This document shows, piece after piece, positions 39,118 to 50,572 of a stretch of 64,000 nt of DNA. A model generated the notes under the pieces. That model saw nothing but the letters and a program-made list of their open reading frames with translations, had not been told where the DNA came from and did no database searches. A program made the translations under genes and the position numbers. The stretch is from the NCBI GenBank assembly GCA_002104905.1, contig MCFE01000113.1:62001-126000 (forward strand), read 5' to 3'. The stretch is from Basidiobolus meristosporus CBS 931.73. Its lineage: Eukaryota; Fungi; Basidiobolomycota. Each line of letters starts with the position of its first letter. The first letter of the stretch is position 1.

Positions 39118-41808
39118 TTACCCACTACTAACTTGGGTATTCCACATATAGTTTGAATAAAAAAAAACTATGGCCTCTTGCTTACTAACCTCTACAAACA
39201 GGCACACCTGCCAAGATTGACATACTTCTATCACCTCAACTTTACGGCGTTTTAGTGTGATACTTGCAAAGTTGCCATATACCTTGTACTGCTGGTAGCA
39301 TATACATCTTGCAAACATATACTTGGTTGTTGCCACTTCTGCCATGAACACCTCCTGAATATTGGCAAAGAACTTCCTGGTATTTAGCCAATATATTCCT
39401 TCTCCCTGCTGGATTCTAGTCCCCCTTGTAGGTGCGCTCTGGCTTTTGTTTGTGTGAATTCCGTATTGAATGGTGTAGAAGTTGGCTTGTGACCACAAGA
39501 AATCCAGCATATCTTGGTGGAGTTTTCCTGATTAAAATTAGTTGCTTGTTCCACCCAACCCAACTTTGCATTACTTAACTGATTACCCACGCATTGGGGC
39601 TGCTTAGCTTCTTAATGCCATAGGCATAGGTGTCTCAATGTGCACATTTGTCCTCATTATTTTTCAACTCTTTCTGGCTGTCCTCCATGTGCCAACTCAT
39701 AACATCCATGACAGACTTGAAGGTAATAATCTTGATGAGATTGGGATATGGTAGTACCTGCAACTTGACTTGTCTTCCTATCTCCCCACACATCCACTCC
39801 ATAGGCAACTCCCAAAAGGTGAAGCAAGGCTCAATATTCCCACACACCGTGCAAGATGGAGTAGAGAATGGATAGAGTAGCGGCAGAGATCTACACGTTC
39901 AGCTTTATGTTTGTTGCATAGCTGCTCAAATCCTGTCACAAACTCCTCACACAACAGCTGTAGATGTGTCAAGTAGGCATTGGTGATCCGCTTCAGGATA
40001 AATATTCCTACAATGTCCACATATGACTCCCAATGCTTTCAATGTACTCTTGGTAGGAATGGCTTCAGAACACCACTTGAATAAATACATATCCAGTTCA
40101 TCCAGTCTTTGCATTTGTATTGTGGCATATGCGTATAAATATTAATTGGAGCCCGTGAGAAGTACTTAGGGTAGCAGATATTCTGTAATATCTTGCCAAT
40201 TTTTTCAAATTTCTCCAGTATCTCAAAGGGCTCATCTAGCTTGAAATGCCCCATGTACAAATTGGTCATCAGTATAGGGATATTGTTGAAAAGCAAATGC
40301 ATTGCTCCCAGTGGAAAGCTTTTGCTCCAACAGATACCCTCTATCTTAAGTATCTCCGGTTTCCAATTGATTCCATATTCCTGCCAATGGCTTATAGCTT
40401 GCCAACTTTGCTGCAATTGCATGCTTACTTCTGTATGTTCTCTCTGTGGAAAGATGATGTTCTTAGTGCTGGTGTTTGGGTAATAATAATGTGTGTGAGT
40501 TATGGAGTAAATCCCTTGGATCTCACACATTTGACAGCAATACCATCCATTGTGCCCGGAAAAACCTGCTATCTTGCTGATGGCTGGGGTATCTCCAATG
40601 CAGATAGTAATATGCGCTTTTACATGACAGCCATTCACCATTATCACACTGGAAAGCATACAAAATTCATTCAGCAATGGGTACAGGTAGCTATCCAGGT
40701 TGGACGGTGATTTAGGCCCAGATACCAGCAAGACTACCATCAGAGTATTGCTCTGATACTGTAAGATGGGCGGCAGATTCAGTTTGATGAGAATTGGTGG
40801 CCAGCAGGATTTGCTGGTAGAGTACTTGTTTAATGAGAATCCATCAAGTGTTAAAGCAAAGGCATGGTCATACATACCTTCAAAGTAGCCCTTGCTTCTT
40901 AGCTGTTTGTAATGCTTGCCATTGAATATATTGGATATGTTTGCACTTGATTGATACTCAATGCAGTACTGTATAGCTTTGCAATATTTGTTGGACTGCA
41001 TCAGCTTCCTCAGACAGGGTATGACCGGAATATATCCGGAGTGTGAACAATGTTTTCTCTCAATGGTGGGGGATTCCTGACAATTTGGACATGTTGCAAT
41101 GGTAGCATTTTTGGATGCAAATGCCATGCAACTGTTAACACATGTTGGAATCAGGACAGTCTCTGGATAATTTGTTGCCAGCTGCATGACGGTTGTCCAC
41201 TTGTACCATGTACACGGTAAGTTGCATCCTGGTATGATCTTGGCAAGAAGTAGTAATATATCCTCAAAGCCCCCATTACTGATATTAGTGGAAACGCGCC
41301 ACTTCTCTAGCCACAACATCACATCATTCACCAGTAGATGGATTACTGGGCTTACTTGGCTCCATAAAGTATCCTTGGCATTTGTCTCAACGGGTGTTGT
41401 CCCATTGCATATAGGGATTTGACCGGGCTCATACATGGTACTGTTGTTAGGGGAGATAGGCTCAAAATCCATTAGTGAACCTTCTTTGTCAGAGCTATCA
41501 CTCTGTGTGCCATATTCAGAAGGCTGAGGTGAGCCTAAAGGTGTCACAAACTCACCTGACTCAGTTTGCGCAAGGTGACAAAGATGGCCAGGTGCCAATA
41601 TAGAAGTATCAACTGGCCGGCAAGATAATGTTGGTACAGTAGTGACCAATGAATGGTCAAATATGACTTGGGTGGCAAAACACTGGCGGTGATCCTTGTA
41701 ATACTTCCTATGCTGTCTGCGTGCTTCATGGCTGAGAGGCTTGCCACAATAGCCACATGGTCTTTTTTCTCTTCTCTTACGGCATTGAGTCAAAGTAGTC
41801 TTGTCCAT
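39118..41808 (-). pseudogene. tnp2/Transposase_21-type transposase, copy B (589-aa open frame, then TGG>TGA, a 1-nt deletion and a probable intron)
   Basis: N-terminal CGYCxxxLSxxxRxxH; IPTCVNSCMAF; FALTLDGF; ICIGDTPAISKIAGFSGHNGWYCCQMC; PLGAMHLLFNNI; FWELPMEWMCGEIG. Copy C has TGG where this copy stops. Confidence 0.85.
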
Positions 41809-42028
41809 GGGGCAAACAGTTTGACTTTCAACAACGTAACACTATTATATCACTTTTTGGTCAATACTCATGTGAACTTAAGAAGTCTTGTATTTGAGAC
41901 ATTGCACCTACATGAATATAAGATTCAATGATGACCTTCCATAGTAAGCATTGTAAATAAAGTTGTGGCACCACATACACACGTATATGTAACACTATTT
42001 CCCTTTTGGTTGACTCACTTCCATATAT

Positions 42029-44222
42029 ATGCCACCAAAAAATAAAGCAAAGTTGTCTGGTTCTCAACCAAACCCCACCGCTAATGGCAACAGAAGAATG
42101 GGTGGACAACAGCTTGCTTTGACATTCAGTGCAACAAGTGGGGCTACATCCAAAAAAGGCCCTGTGGACAGTGTGCCCATTGAAGGTAATAATGCGGACT
42201 CCTCAGGCTCTCAGTCAAGTAGGCAATTGAGAACCTCTGCGGAGCCACAAGCTGACCATTATGCTCAGGCAGATGAGAATGTAGCAAACGCAGTACCCTC
42301 TGTGGAAGATCAGCAAGTGGCCATGATAACATCACCACCACCCATATTAGCAAGTATGTTGTCAGCTCATGCCAAAGCATTAATGAGCAATTAGGTGCAG
42401 TGGCTGATAGGATAGATGCAATGCCCCAGAGAAATCAGGAAGTAGTCCAGAAACAGAATGAGCAGATAATACATGTAGAGAAATCAGGAAGTAGTCCAGA
42501 AACAGAATGAGCAGATAATATGTGTAGAGCAATCAATATCCCAGGTAGAGAAAGAGTATCTTTGCTGCAACAATGGAACTCAAGTAGCTCAATGTCACAG
42601 CCAAGAATTGAGCCATTTCCTGATGGAACAGCAGAGGAATACCGTACTGTCTTTGAAGCATAACAACAGTGCCCAAAGATAAAGCCCACAGAAAAACCTA
42701 TCACAGCATGGGAGGGAGACAATGTGGTGTTTATACCAAAGCCTAAAAATCAAAAGACATTGAAGATCTGCAAAGCCATTGAATGCAATCATGAAGAGTG
42801 GGCTAATATACAAGAGGCCGTCAGAAGTCTAGCATGCCATCACCTTAAGGCCGGCACACCATGGGACCATCAGGAACTCAAGGCCAAGCAGAATGCACTT
42901 GACTTGTTCCATGAGCATTATCCTGGATTCAAACAGGCAAACAGATTTTGGGCCAGCATTGGTATGCTAAGAAAGTATCTTAAGAATAGCTGAAACTATC
43001 AAAGGCAGAAGAACAAGGGTGCCATGGCTAAAAACCAGCAGCTTCCTCAAGAGCACGTTACAAGCAGGGCCAAAAGCTCCATACAAGCATCAAAGAGATG
43101 TCAGGCAGCTGGAAGAGTGCCAATTAAGAACAAGCAGGCAGACATGAATGCACCAGCACAAGATTTATCAAGGAAAAAGCGTAGTACCACTCAAGAAGCA
43201 CCCAGTCAAAGTAGCAGTGAAGGACCTGGCAGTGATAAAAACCAGCCACTTTTACAGGAGCCTGTCACAACTACGGTTGAGAGCTCAAAACAAGCTGAAA
43301 AGAAACATCAGGTTGCCAGAAGAGTGCCAGCAAGTGACAAGCAGGCCAAAACAGATGCATCAGAGCAGAATTTATCTAGGAGAAAATGTAGTTCTTTACA
43401 AAAAGCACTCAGACAAAGTAGCAGTGAAAGACCTGGCAGTGATAAAGGAAAAGGTAAAGGGAAAAATGTCTACCCAAGCCTGAGACAGGGAGGCATGCAA
43501 AAAAAACTGCAGTTCTTGCCAATTAATGCCGCAAGCCAGGAACAGACTGAATCCCATCATAGCCAAGAAGAGTTACCAACAAGAAAACAGCTGTCTTCAC
43601 AAGAGTGAGAAGCACAGCCAGTTGAGCTACACTCCAGCAAGGTAGATGAGTTTGCTGAAAAAGGCAATTTGTCTACCACAGCCTCCACTGCCTCCATTGT
43701 TGACAGAGTGGAGATCCCACTGACAGACAAGGCTACAATGTCAAGAGCTCAAAAGACTATCACAATGCCTTCAGTGGAGTTTTGGAACATTAATAGGTGC
43801 ACCAAGAGGTTCCAGCACTTCTTCAAGAGCAGTGCTCCAGAAAACGCACTGGAATATTGCAAGGATTTATTGCAAAGACTAGCAGATGAAGAGCTAGACC
43901 TTGCAGTGCCAGTTGAAGACCAGGATGTGTGGGAACCAGTGAATGAACAGTGGCATAAAGCCGTTGGGTTCCCGCCAAAGTTGTGGCACCAGAGCCGGCT
44001 GAAGACCAAGACATATGGGAGCCAGCAAATGAAAAAAGGCATAAAGCTGTATGGTTCCTGCCAAAGTTGTGGAAATACAGCATTACAGCAGAAATACTTA
44101 TTGAGTGGTGGATTTTAATGGAGTTACTTGTTGAGTGTGGGGTTGGGCTTAATGTTAGTGTAGGGTATAGAAACTTGTATAGGTCAATACAATTGGCAAT
44201 TGAGGTACAACTGAAGTTTTAA
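42029..44222 (+). pseudogene. CMC accessory gene ORF-A, copy B (about 650-700 aa reconstructed; function unknown)
   Basis: ORFs 42029-42394, 42724-42993, 43024-43608, 43669-44118 and 43983-44222 join by comparison with the other copies. Confidence 0.8.
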
Positions 44223-45153
44223 TGGAAATAAATCAATTTGTACGCATGAAAAGTAAGAGAAACGGCTGAGTCAGGAAGTAAGGAGTGTGAAAAAGAGGCA
44301 ATAGCCAATCAATTCACACAAACATAGGAGGCATTAGAGTGTCCAGGATCAGAAAGTGAGCAAATTGGCAGGGAACCAATCAAAAGCCACTTAACATTGT
44401 TGTGATGAAGAATTTTGACAAAGTTTTTTGTGAAATCTGGGGTGCAATTTTTTTCAACGGTCTCTTGATGGAGTCCTGACAAGATCAGTACCTCTCAGTC
44501 ACAGGACATTAACTTTGTGACGGCCTTTTGACGGGATCATCTCAATAGTTTTTCATAGGGTTTGCTCTATCTGGCTTATAGTATAAGCTATAGTCAGCAT
44601 GACTCCTTTTGAAACTCCAGGATTCCAAACAAAAATCTATCTTGCAATTCCTGGCTCATTGATAGTTTGATACCATATAAAGATTCTTTAAACTTGAAGA
44701 CCAAATGGGGGTTATCTTGGTCAACAAACACATCAGGCTGGTCCATATACACCTTCTCATCAAGTTTTCCATTCAAAAATGCAGTGTTTACAACTATTCA
44801 ATGTATAAAATATCCCTATAAAAAATTATTGAGATGATCCCGTCAAAAGGCCATCACAAAGTTAATGTCCCATGACTGAGAGGTACTGATCTTGTCAGGA
44901 CACTGTCCAGAGACCGTTGAAAAATAATTGCACCCCAGATTTCACAAAAAACTTTGTCAAAATTTTTCATCACAACAATGTATAAGTGGCTTTTGATTGG
45001 TTCCCTGCCAATTTGCTCACTTTCTGATCCTGGACACTCTATTGCCTCCTATGTTTGTGTGAAATGATTGGCTATTTACTCTTTTTCACATTCCTTACTT
45101 CCTGACTCAACCATTTCTCTTACTTTTCATGCATACAATTTGATTTATTTCTG

Positions 45154-47212
45154 TCAAAACTTCAATAGTACCTCAATTGCCAATTGTATTGACCTATACA
45201 AGTCTCTATACCCTACACTAACATTAAGCCCAACCTCACACTCAACAAGTAACTCCATTAAAATCTACCACTCAATAAGTATTTCTGCTGTAATGCTCTG
45301 GTTCCACAACTTTGGCAGGAACCCAACATCTTTATGCCATTGTTCATTCACTGGTTCCCACATGTCCTGGTGTTCAGCCAGCACTGCAAGGTCTAGCTCC
45401 TCATCTGCCAGTCTTTGCAATAAACCCTTGCAACATTCCAGTGCATTTTCTTGAGCACAGCTCTTGAAGAAGTGCTGCAACCTCTTGGTGTGCCTATTAA
45501 TGTTCCAAAACTCCACCAAAGGTATTGTGATAGTCTTTTGCGCTCTTGACATTGCAGCCTTGTCTATCAGTGGGATCTCCACACTGTCAACAATGGAGGC
45601 GGTGGAGGCTGTGGTAGACAAATTTCCTTTTTCAGCAAACTCATCTACCTTGCTGGAGTGTAGCTCAACTGGCTGTGCTTCCACCTCTTGTGAAAACAGC
45701 TGTCTTCATGTTGGTAACTCTTCTTGGCTATGATGGGATTCAGTCTGTTCCTGGCTTGCGGCATTAATTGGCAAGAACCGCAGTTTTTTTTGCATGCCTC
45801 CCTGTCTCAGGCTTGGGTGGACATTTTTCCCTTTACCCTTTCCGTTATTACTGCCAGGTCTTTCACTGCTACACTGTCTGAGTGCTTCTTGTAAAGAACT
45901 ACATTTTCTCCTGGATAAAGTCTGCTCTGACACATCTGTTTTGGCCTGCTTGTCCCTTGCTGGCACTCTTCTGGCAACCTAATGTTTCTTTCCAGCCTAT
46001 TTTGAGCTCTCAAGTGTGGTTGTGACAGGCCCCTGTAAAAGTGGCTGGTTTTTATCACTGCCAGGTCCTTCACTGCTACTTTCACTGGGTGCTTCTTGAG
46101 TGGTACTACACTTTTCCTTGATAAATGTTGTGCAGGTGCATCCATGTCTGTCTGCTGGTCCCTAATTGGCACTCTTCCAGCTGCCTGACATCTCTTTGAT
46201 GCTTGTCTGGAGCTTTTGGCCCTGCTTGGAACAGGCACTTGAGGAAGCCGCTGGTTTTTAGCCATGGCACCCTTGTTCTTCTGCCTTTGATAGTTTCTGC
46301 TATTCTTAAGATACTTTCTTAGCATACCAATGCTGGCCCAAAATCTGTTTGCCTGTTTGAATCCAGGATAATGCTCATGGAACAAGTCAAGTGCATTCTG
46401 CTCAGCCTTGAATTCCTGATGGTCCCATGGTATGCCAGCCTTAAGGTGATGGCATGCTAGACTTCTGAAGGCCTCTTGTATATTAGCCCACTCTTCATGA
46501 TTGCATTCAATGACTTTGCAGATCTTCAATGTCTTTTGATTTTTAGGCTTTAATATAAACACCACATTGTCTCCATCCCATGCTGTGATAGGTTTTTCTG
46601 TGGGCTTTATCTTTGGGCACTGTTGTTGTGCCTCAATGACTGTACAGTGTTCCTCTGCTGTTACATTGGGAAATGGTTCAATTCTTGGCTGTCACATTGA
46701 GCAACTTGAGTTCCTTCTTTGCAGCAAAGATACTGCTTTCTCTACCTGGGATATTGGTTGCTCTATACATATTATCTGCTCATCCTGTTTCTGGACTACT
46801 TCCTGATTTCTCTGGGCCATTGCATCTATCCTATTAGCCACTGCACCTAGTTACTTCATTAATGCTTTGGTATGAGCTGACAACATACTTGCTAATATGG
46901 GTGGAGGTGATGTTATCATGGCCACTTGCTGATCTTCAACAGAGGGTACTGCGTTTGCTACATTCTCATCTGCCTGAGCATAATGGTCAGCTTGTGGCTC
47001 TGCAGAGGTTCTCAATTGCCTACTTGACTGAGAGCCTGAGAGGTCTGCATTATTACCTTCAATGGGCAGACTGTCCACAGGGCTTTTTTGGATGTAGCCC
47101 TGCTTGTTGCACTGAATGTCAAAGCAAGCTGTTGTCCAACTGTACTTCTGTTGCTGTCAGCGGTGGGGTTTGGTTGAGAACCAGATGACTATGTTTTATT
47201 TTTTGGCAGCAT
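45154..47212 (-). pseudogene. CMC ORF-A, copy C
   Basis: ORFs 46851-47078, 45807-46565 (252 aa) and 45265-45684. Confidence 0.8.
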
Positions 47213-47341
47213 ATATCTGGAAGTGAGTCAAACCAAAGGGGAAATAGTATTACATATATATATGTATGTGGTGCCACTACTTTATTTATAATGCTGACTA
47301 TGGTAGGTCATCATTGAATGTTACATGCATGTAGGTGCAAT

Positions 47342-48074
47342 AGACTTGTTCCGTTGGATAGTGCCACATTGAGCCATGAGTGCCAAATGATGCCATAGTG
47401 TGCTAGGGAGGCCAAGTGAGCGTACACTTGGCCATAGAGTGTGAAACATAGATCTGCATTTTCATGCAAAGTAACCCCTATGTTTCACTCATTGTGATGG
47501 AGAAAATCCATTTGTTGACCTTTTTTTTAGGTCAATATTGTACAGGATGTGCAAGAGCACTAAAGGATTGAAGATAAACATCTGGTACTCAATACCCATG
47601 GCATTCTGAATCTATCTCCTGTGGCTTGTAACATGTCACAAAAATGCATGGCACTATCTTGGTCCACTGGTACTATCTGGCACTATAAGTGCTTTGTATT
47701 GATCTTACTTTAGGGCTAATATTTAAATATAGTGCTGGATAGTACCAGTGGACCAAGATAGTGCCATGCATTTTTGTGGCATGTTACCAGCCACAGGAGC
47801 TAGATTGAGAGTGCCATGAGTATTGAGTACCAGATGTTCATCTTCAATCCTTTAGTGCTCTTGCACATCCTGCACAATATTGATTCACAAAAAAATGTCA
47901 AAAAATGAATTTTCTTCTGCATCATAGGTGAAACACAGGGGATGCTTTGCATGAAGATGCAGATCTATGTTTCACACTCTGTGGCCAAGTATAGGCTCAC
48001 TTGGCCTCTCTGGCACACTATGGCATCATTTGGCACTCATGGCTCAATGTGGCACTATCCAATGGAACAAGTCT
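47342..48074. mobile_element. Fold-back MITE copy 3 (733 bp) in the intergenic region of CMC copy C
   Basis: Arms 47342-47687 and 47728-48074, 40-bp spacer; TSD AAT shown by the empty site GTGCAATGTC in copy B (near 41900, minus strand). Confidence 0.95.
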
Positions 48075-48170
48075 AATGTCTCAAATACAAGACTGTCTTA
48101 AGTTGACATGACTATTGACCAAAAAGTGATATAATAGCATTACGTTGTTGAAGGTCAAACTGTTTGCCCC

Positions 48171-50572
48171 ATTGACAAGGCTACTTTGCCTCAACACCGT
48201 AAGAGAAGAGAAAAAAGATCATTTGGCTATTGTGGCAAGCCTCTCTGCTGTGTAGCATGCAGACAGCATAGGAAGTATTACAAGGTTCACAGCAAGTGTT
48301 TTGCCACCCAAGTCATATTTGACCATTCATTGGTCACTACTGTGCCAACATTATCTTGCTGGCCAGTTGATACTTCTATACTGGCACCTGGCTGTCTTTG
48401 TCACCCTGCGCAAACTGAGTCAGGTGAGTTTGTGATGCCTTAAGGCTCACCTCAGCCTTCTGAATATGGCACACAGAGTGATAGCACTGACAAAGAAGGT
48501 TCACTGATGGATTTTGAGCCTATCTCCCCTCACAACAGTACCACCTATGAGCCTGGTCAAATCCCTGTATGCAATGAGACAACACCCATTGAAACAAATG
48601 CCAAGGATACTTTATGGAGCCAAGTAAGCCCAGTAATCCATCTACTGGTAAATAATGTAATGTTGTGGCTAGAGAAGTGGCGCATTTCCACTAATATCAG
48701 TAATGGGGGCTTTGAGGATTTAATACTACTTCTTGCCAAAATCATACCGGGATGCAACTTACCATGTACCATGGCAAACATTACAAACAGCTAAGAAGCA
48801 AGGGCTACTTTGAAGGTATGTATGACCATGCCTTTGCTTTAGCACTTGATGGATTCTCATTAAACAAGTACTCTACCAGCAAATCCTGGTGGCCACTGAT
48901 TCTCATCAATCTGAATCTGCTGCCCATCTTACAGTATCAGAGCAATAATTTGATGGTAGTCTCACTGGTATCTGGGCCTAAATCACCATCCAACCTGGAT
49001 AGCTACCTGTATCCATTGCTGAATGAATTTTGTATGCTTTCCAGCAGGATAATGGTAAATGGCAGTCATGTAAAAGTGCATATTATTATCTGTATTGGAG
49101 ATACCCCAGCCATCAGCAAGATAGCAGGTTTTTCCGGGCACAATGGATGGTATTGCTGTATATGTGTGAGATCCAGGGGATTTACTCTATAACTCACACA
49201 TTATTATTACCCAAACACCAGCACTAAGAACATCATCTTTCCACAGAGAGAACATACAGAAGTAAGCATGCAATTGCAGCAAAGTTGGCAAGCTATAAGC
49301 CATTGGCTGGAATATGGAATCAATTGGAAACCAGAGATACATAAGATAGAAGGTATCTGTTGGAGCAAAAGCTTTGCACTGGGAGCAATGCATTTGCTTT
49401 TCAACAATATCCTTATACTGATGACCTAGTTGTACATGGGGCATTTCAAGCTAAATGAGCCCTCCAAGATACCAGAGAAATTTGAAAAAATTGGCAAGAT
49501 ATTACAGAATATCTGCTACCCTAAGTACTTCTCACAGGCTCCAATTAATATTCATACGCATATGCAACAATACAAATGCAAAGACTGGATGAACTGGATA
49601 TGTATTTATTAAAGTGGTGTTCTGAAGCCATTCCTACCAAGAGTACATTGGAAGCATTGGGAGTCATATGTGGACATTGTAGGAATATTTATCTTGAAGC
49701 GGATCACCAATGCCAACTTGACGCATCAACAGCTGTTGGGTGAGGAGTTTGTGACGGGATTTGAGCGGCTATACTACAAACATAAAGCTGAACGTGTAGA
49801 TCTCTGCTGCTACTCTATCCATTCTCTACTCCATCTTGCACGGTGTGTGGAGAATATTGGGCCTTGCTTCACCTTTTGGGAGTTTCCTATGGAGTGGATG
49901 TGTGGGGAGATAGGAAGACAAGTCAAGTCACAGGTACTACCATATCCCAATCTCATCAAGAATATTACCTTCAAGTCCATTATGGATGTGATGAGTTGGC
50001 ACATGGAGGACAGCCAGAAAGAGTTGGAAAATACTGAGGACAAATGTGCACATGGAGACACCTATGCCTATGGCATTAAGAAGCTAAGCAGCCCCAATGT
50101 GTGGGTAATCAGTTAAGTAATGCAAAGTTGGTGGGGTGCAGCAAGCAACTAATTTTTATCAGGAAAACTCCACCAAGATATGCCGGATTTTTTGTGGTCA
50201 CAAGCCAACTTCTGCACCATTCAATACAGAACTCACACAAACAAAAGCCAGAGCGCACCTATAAGGGGGACTAGAATCCAGCAGGGAGAAGGAATATATT
50301 GGCTAAATACCAGGAAGTTCTTTGCCAATATTCAGGAGGTATTCATGGCAGAAGTGGCAACAACCAAGCATATGTTTTCAAGATGTATATGCTACCAGCA
50401 GTACAAGGTATATGGCAACTTTGCAAGTATCACACTAAAAAGCCGTAAAGTTGAGGTGATAGAAGTATGTCAATTGCGGCAGGTGTGCGCATTTGTAGAG
50501 GTTAGTAAACAGGAGGCCATAGTTTTTTTTGATTCAGACTATATGGGGAATACCCAAGGTAGTAGTGGGTAA
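48171..50572 (+). pseudogene. tnp2-type transposase, copy C (start codon now ATT, several stops and a deletion)
   Basis: ORFs 48186-48443, 48507-48794, 48752-49192, 49670-50116 and 50180-50572 align with copy B. Confidence 0.85.

Larger units (their letters stand above)
38640..44560 (-). mobile_element. CMC/EnSpm DNA transposon copy B (5921 bp, best preserved)
   Basis: 12-bp perfect TIR CCCTATGAAAAA; perfect 3-bp TSD TTT confirmed by the empty site GGATTTGTTCTATC in the intact copia near 56131. Confidence 0.95.

Noticed and set aside
47342-48074. Reading the MITE as having TAGAC...GTCTA ends with a TA (Tc1/mariner) TSD
   Set aside because: The empty site GTGCAATGTC is incompatible with a TA duplication and is explained by AAT
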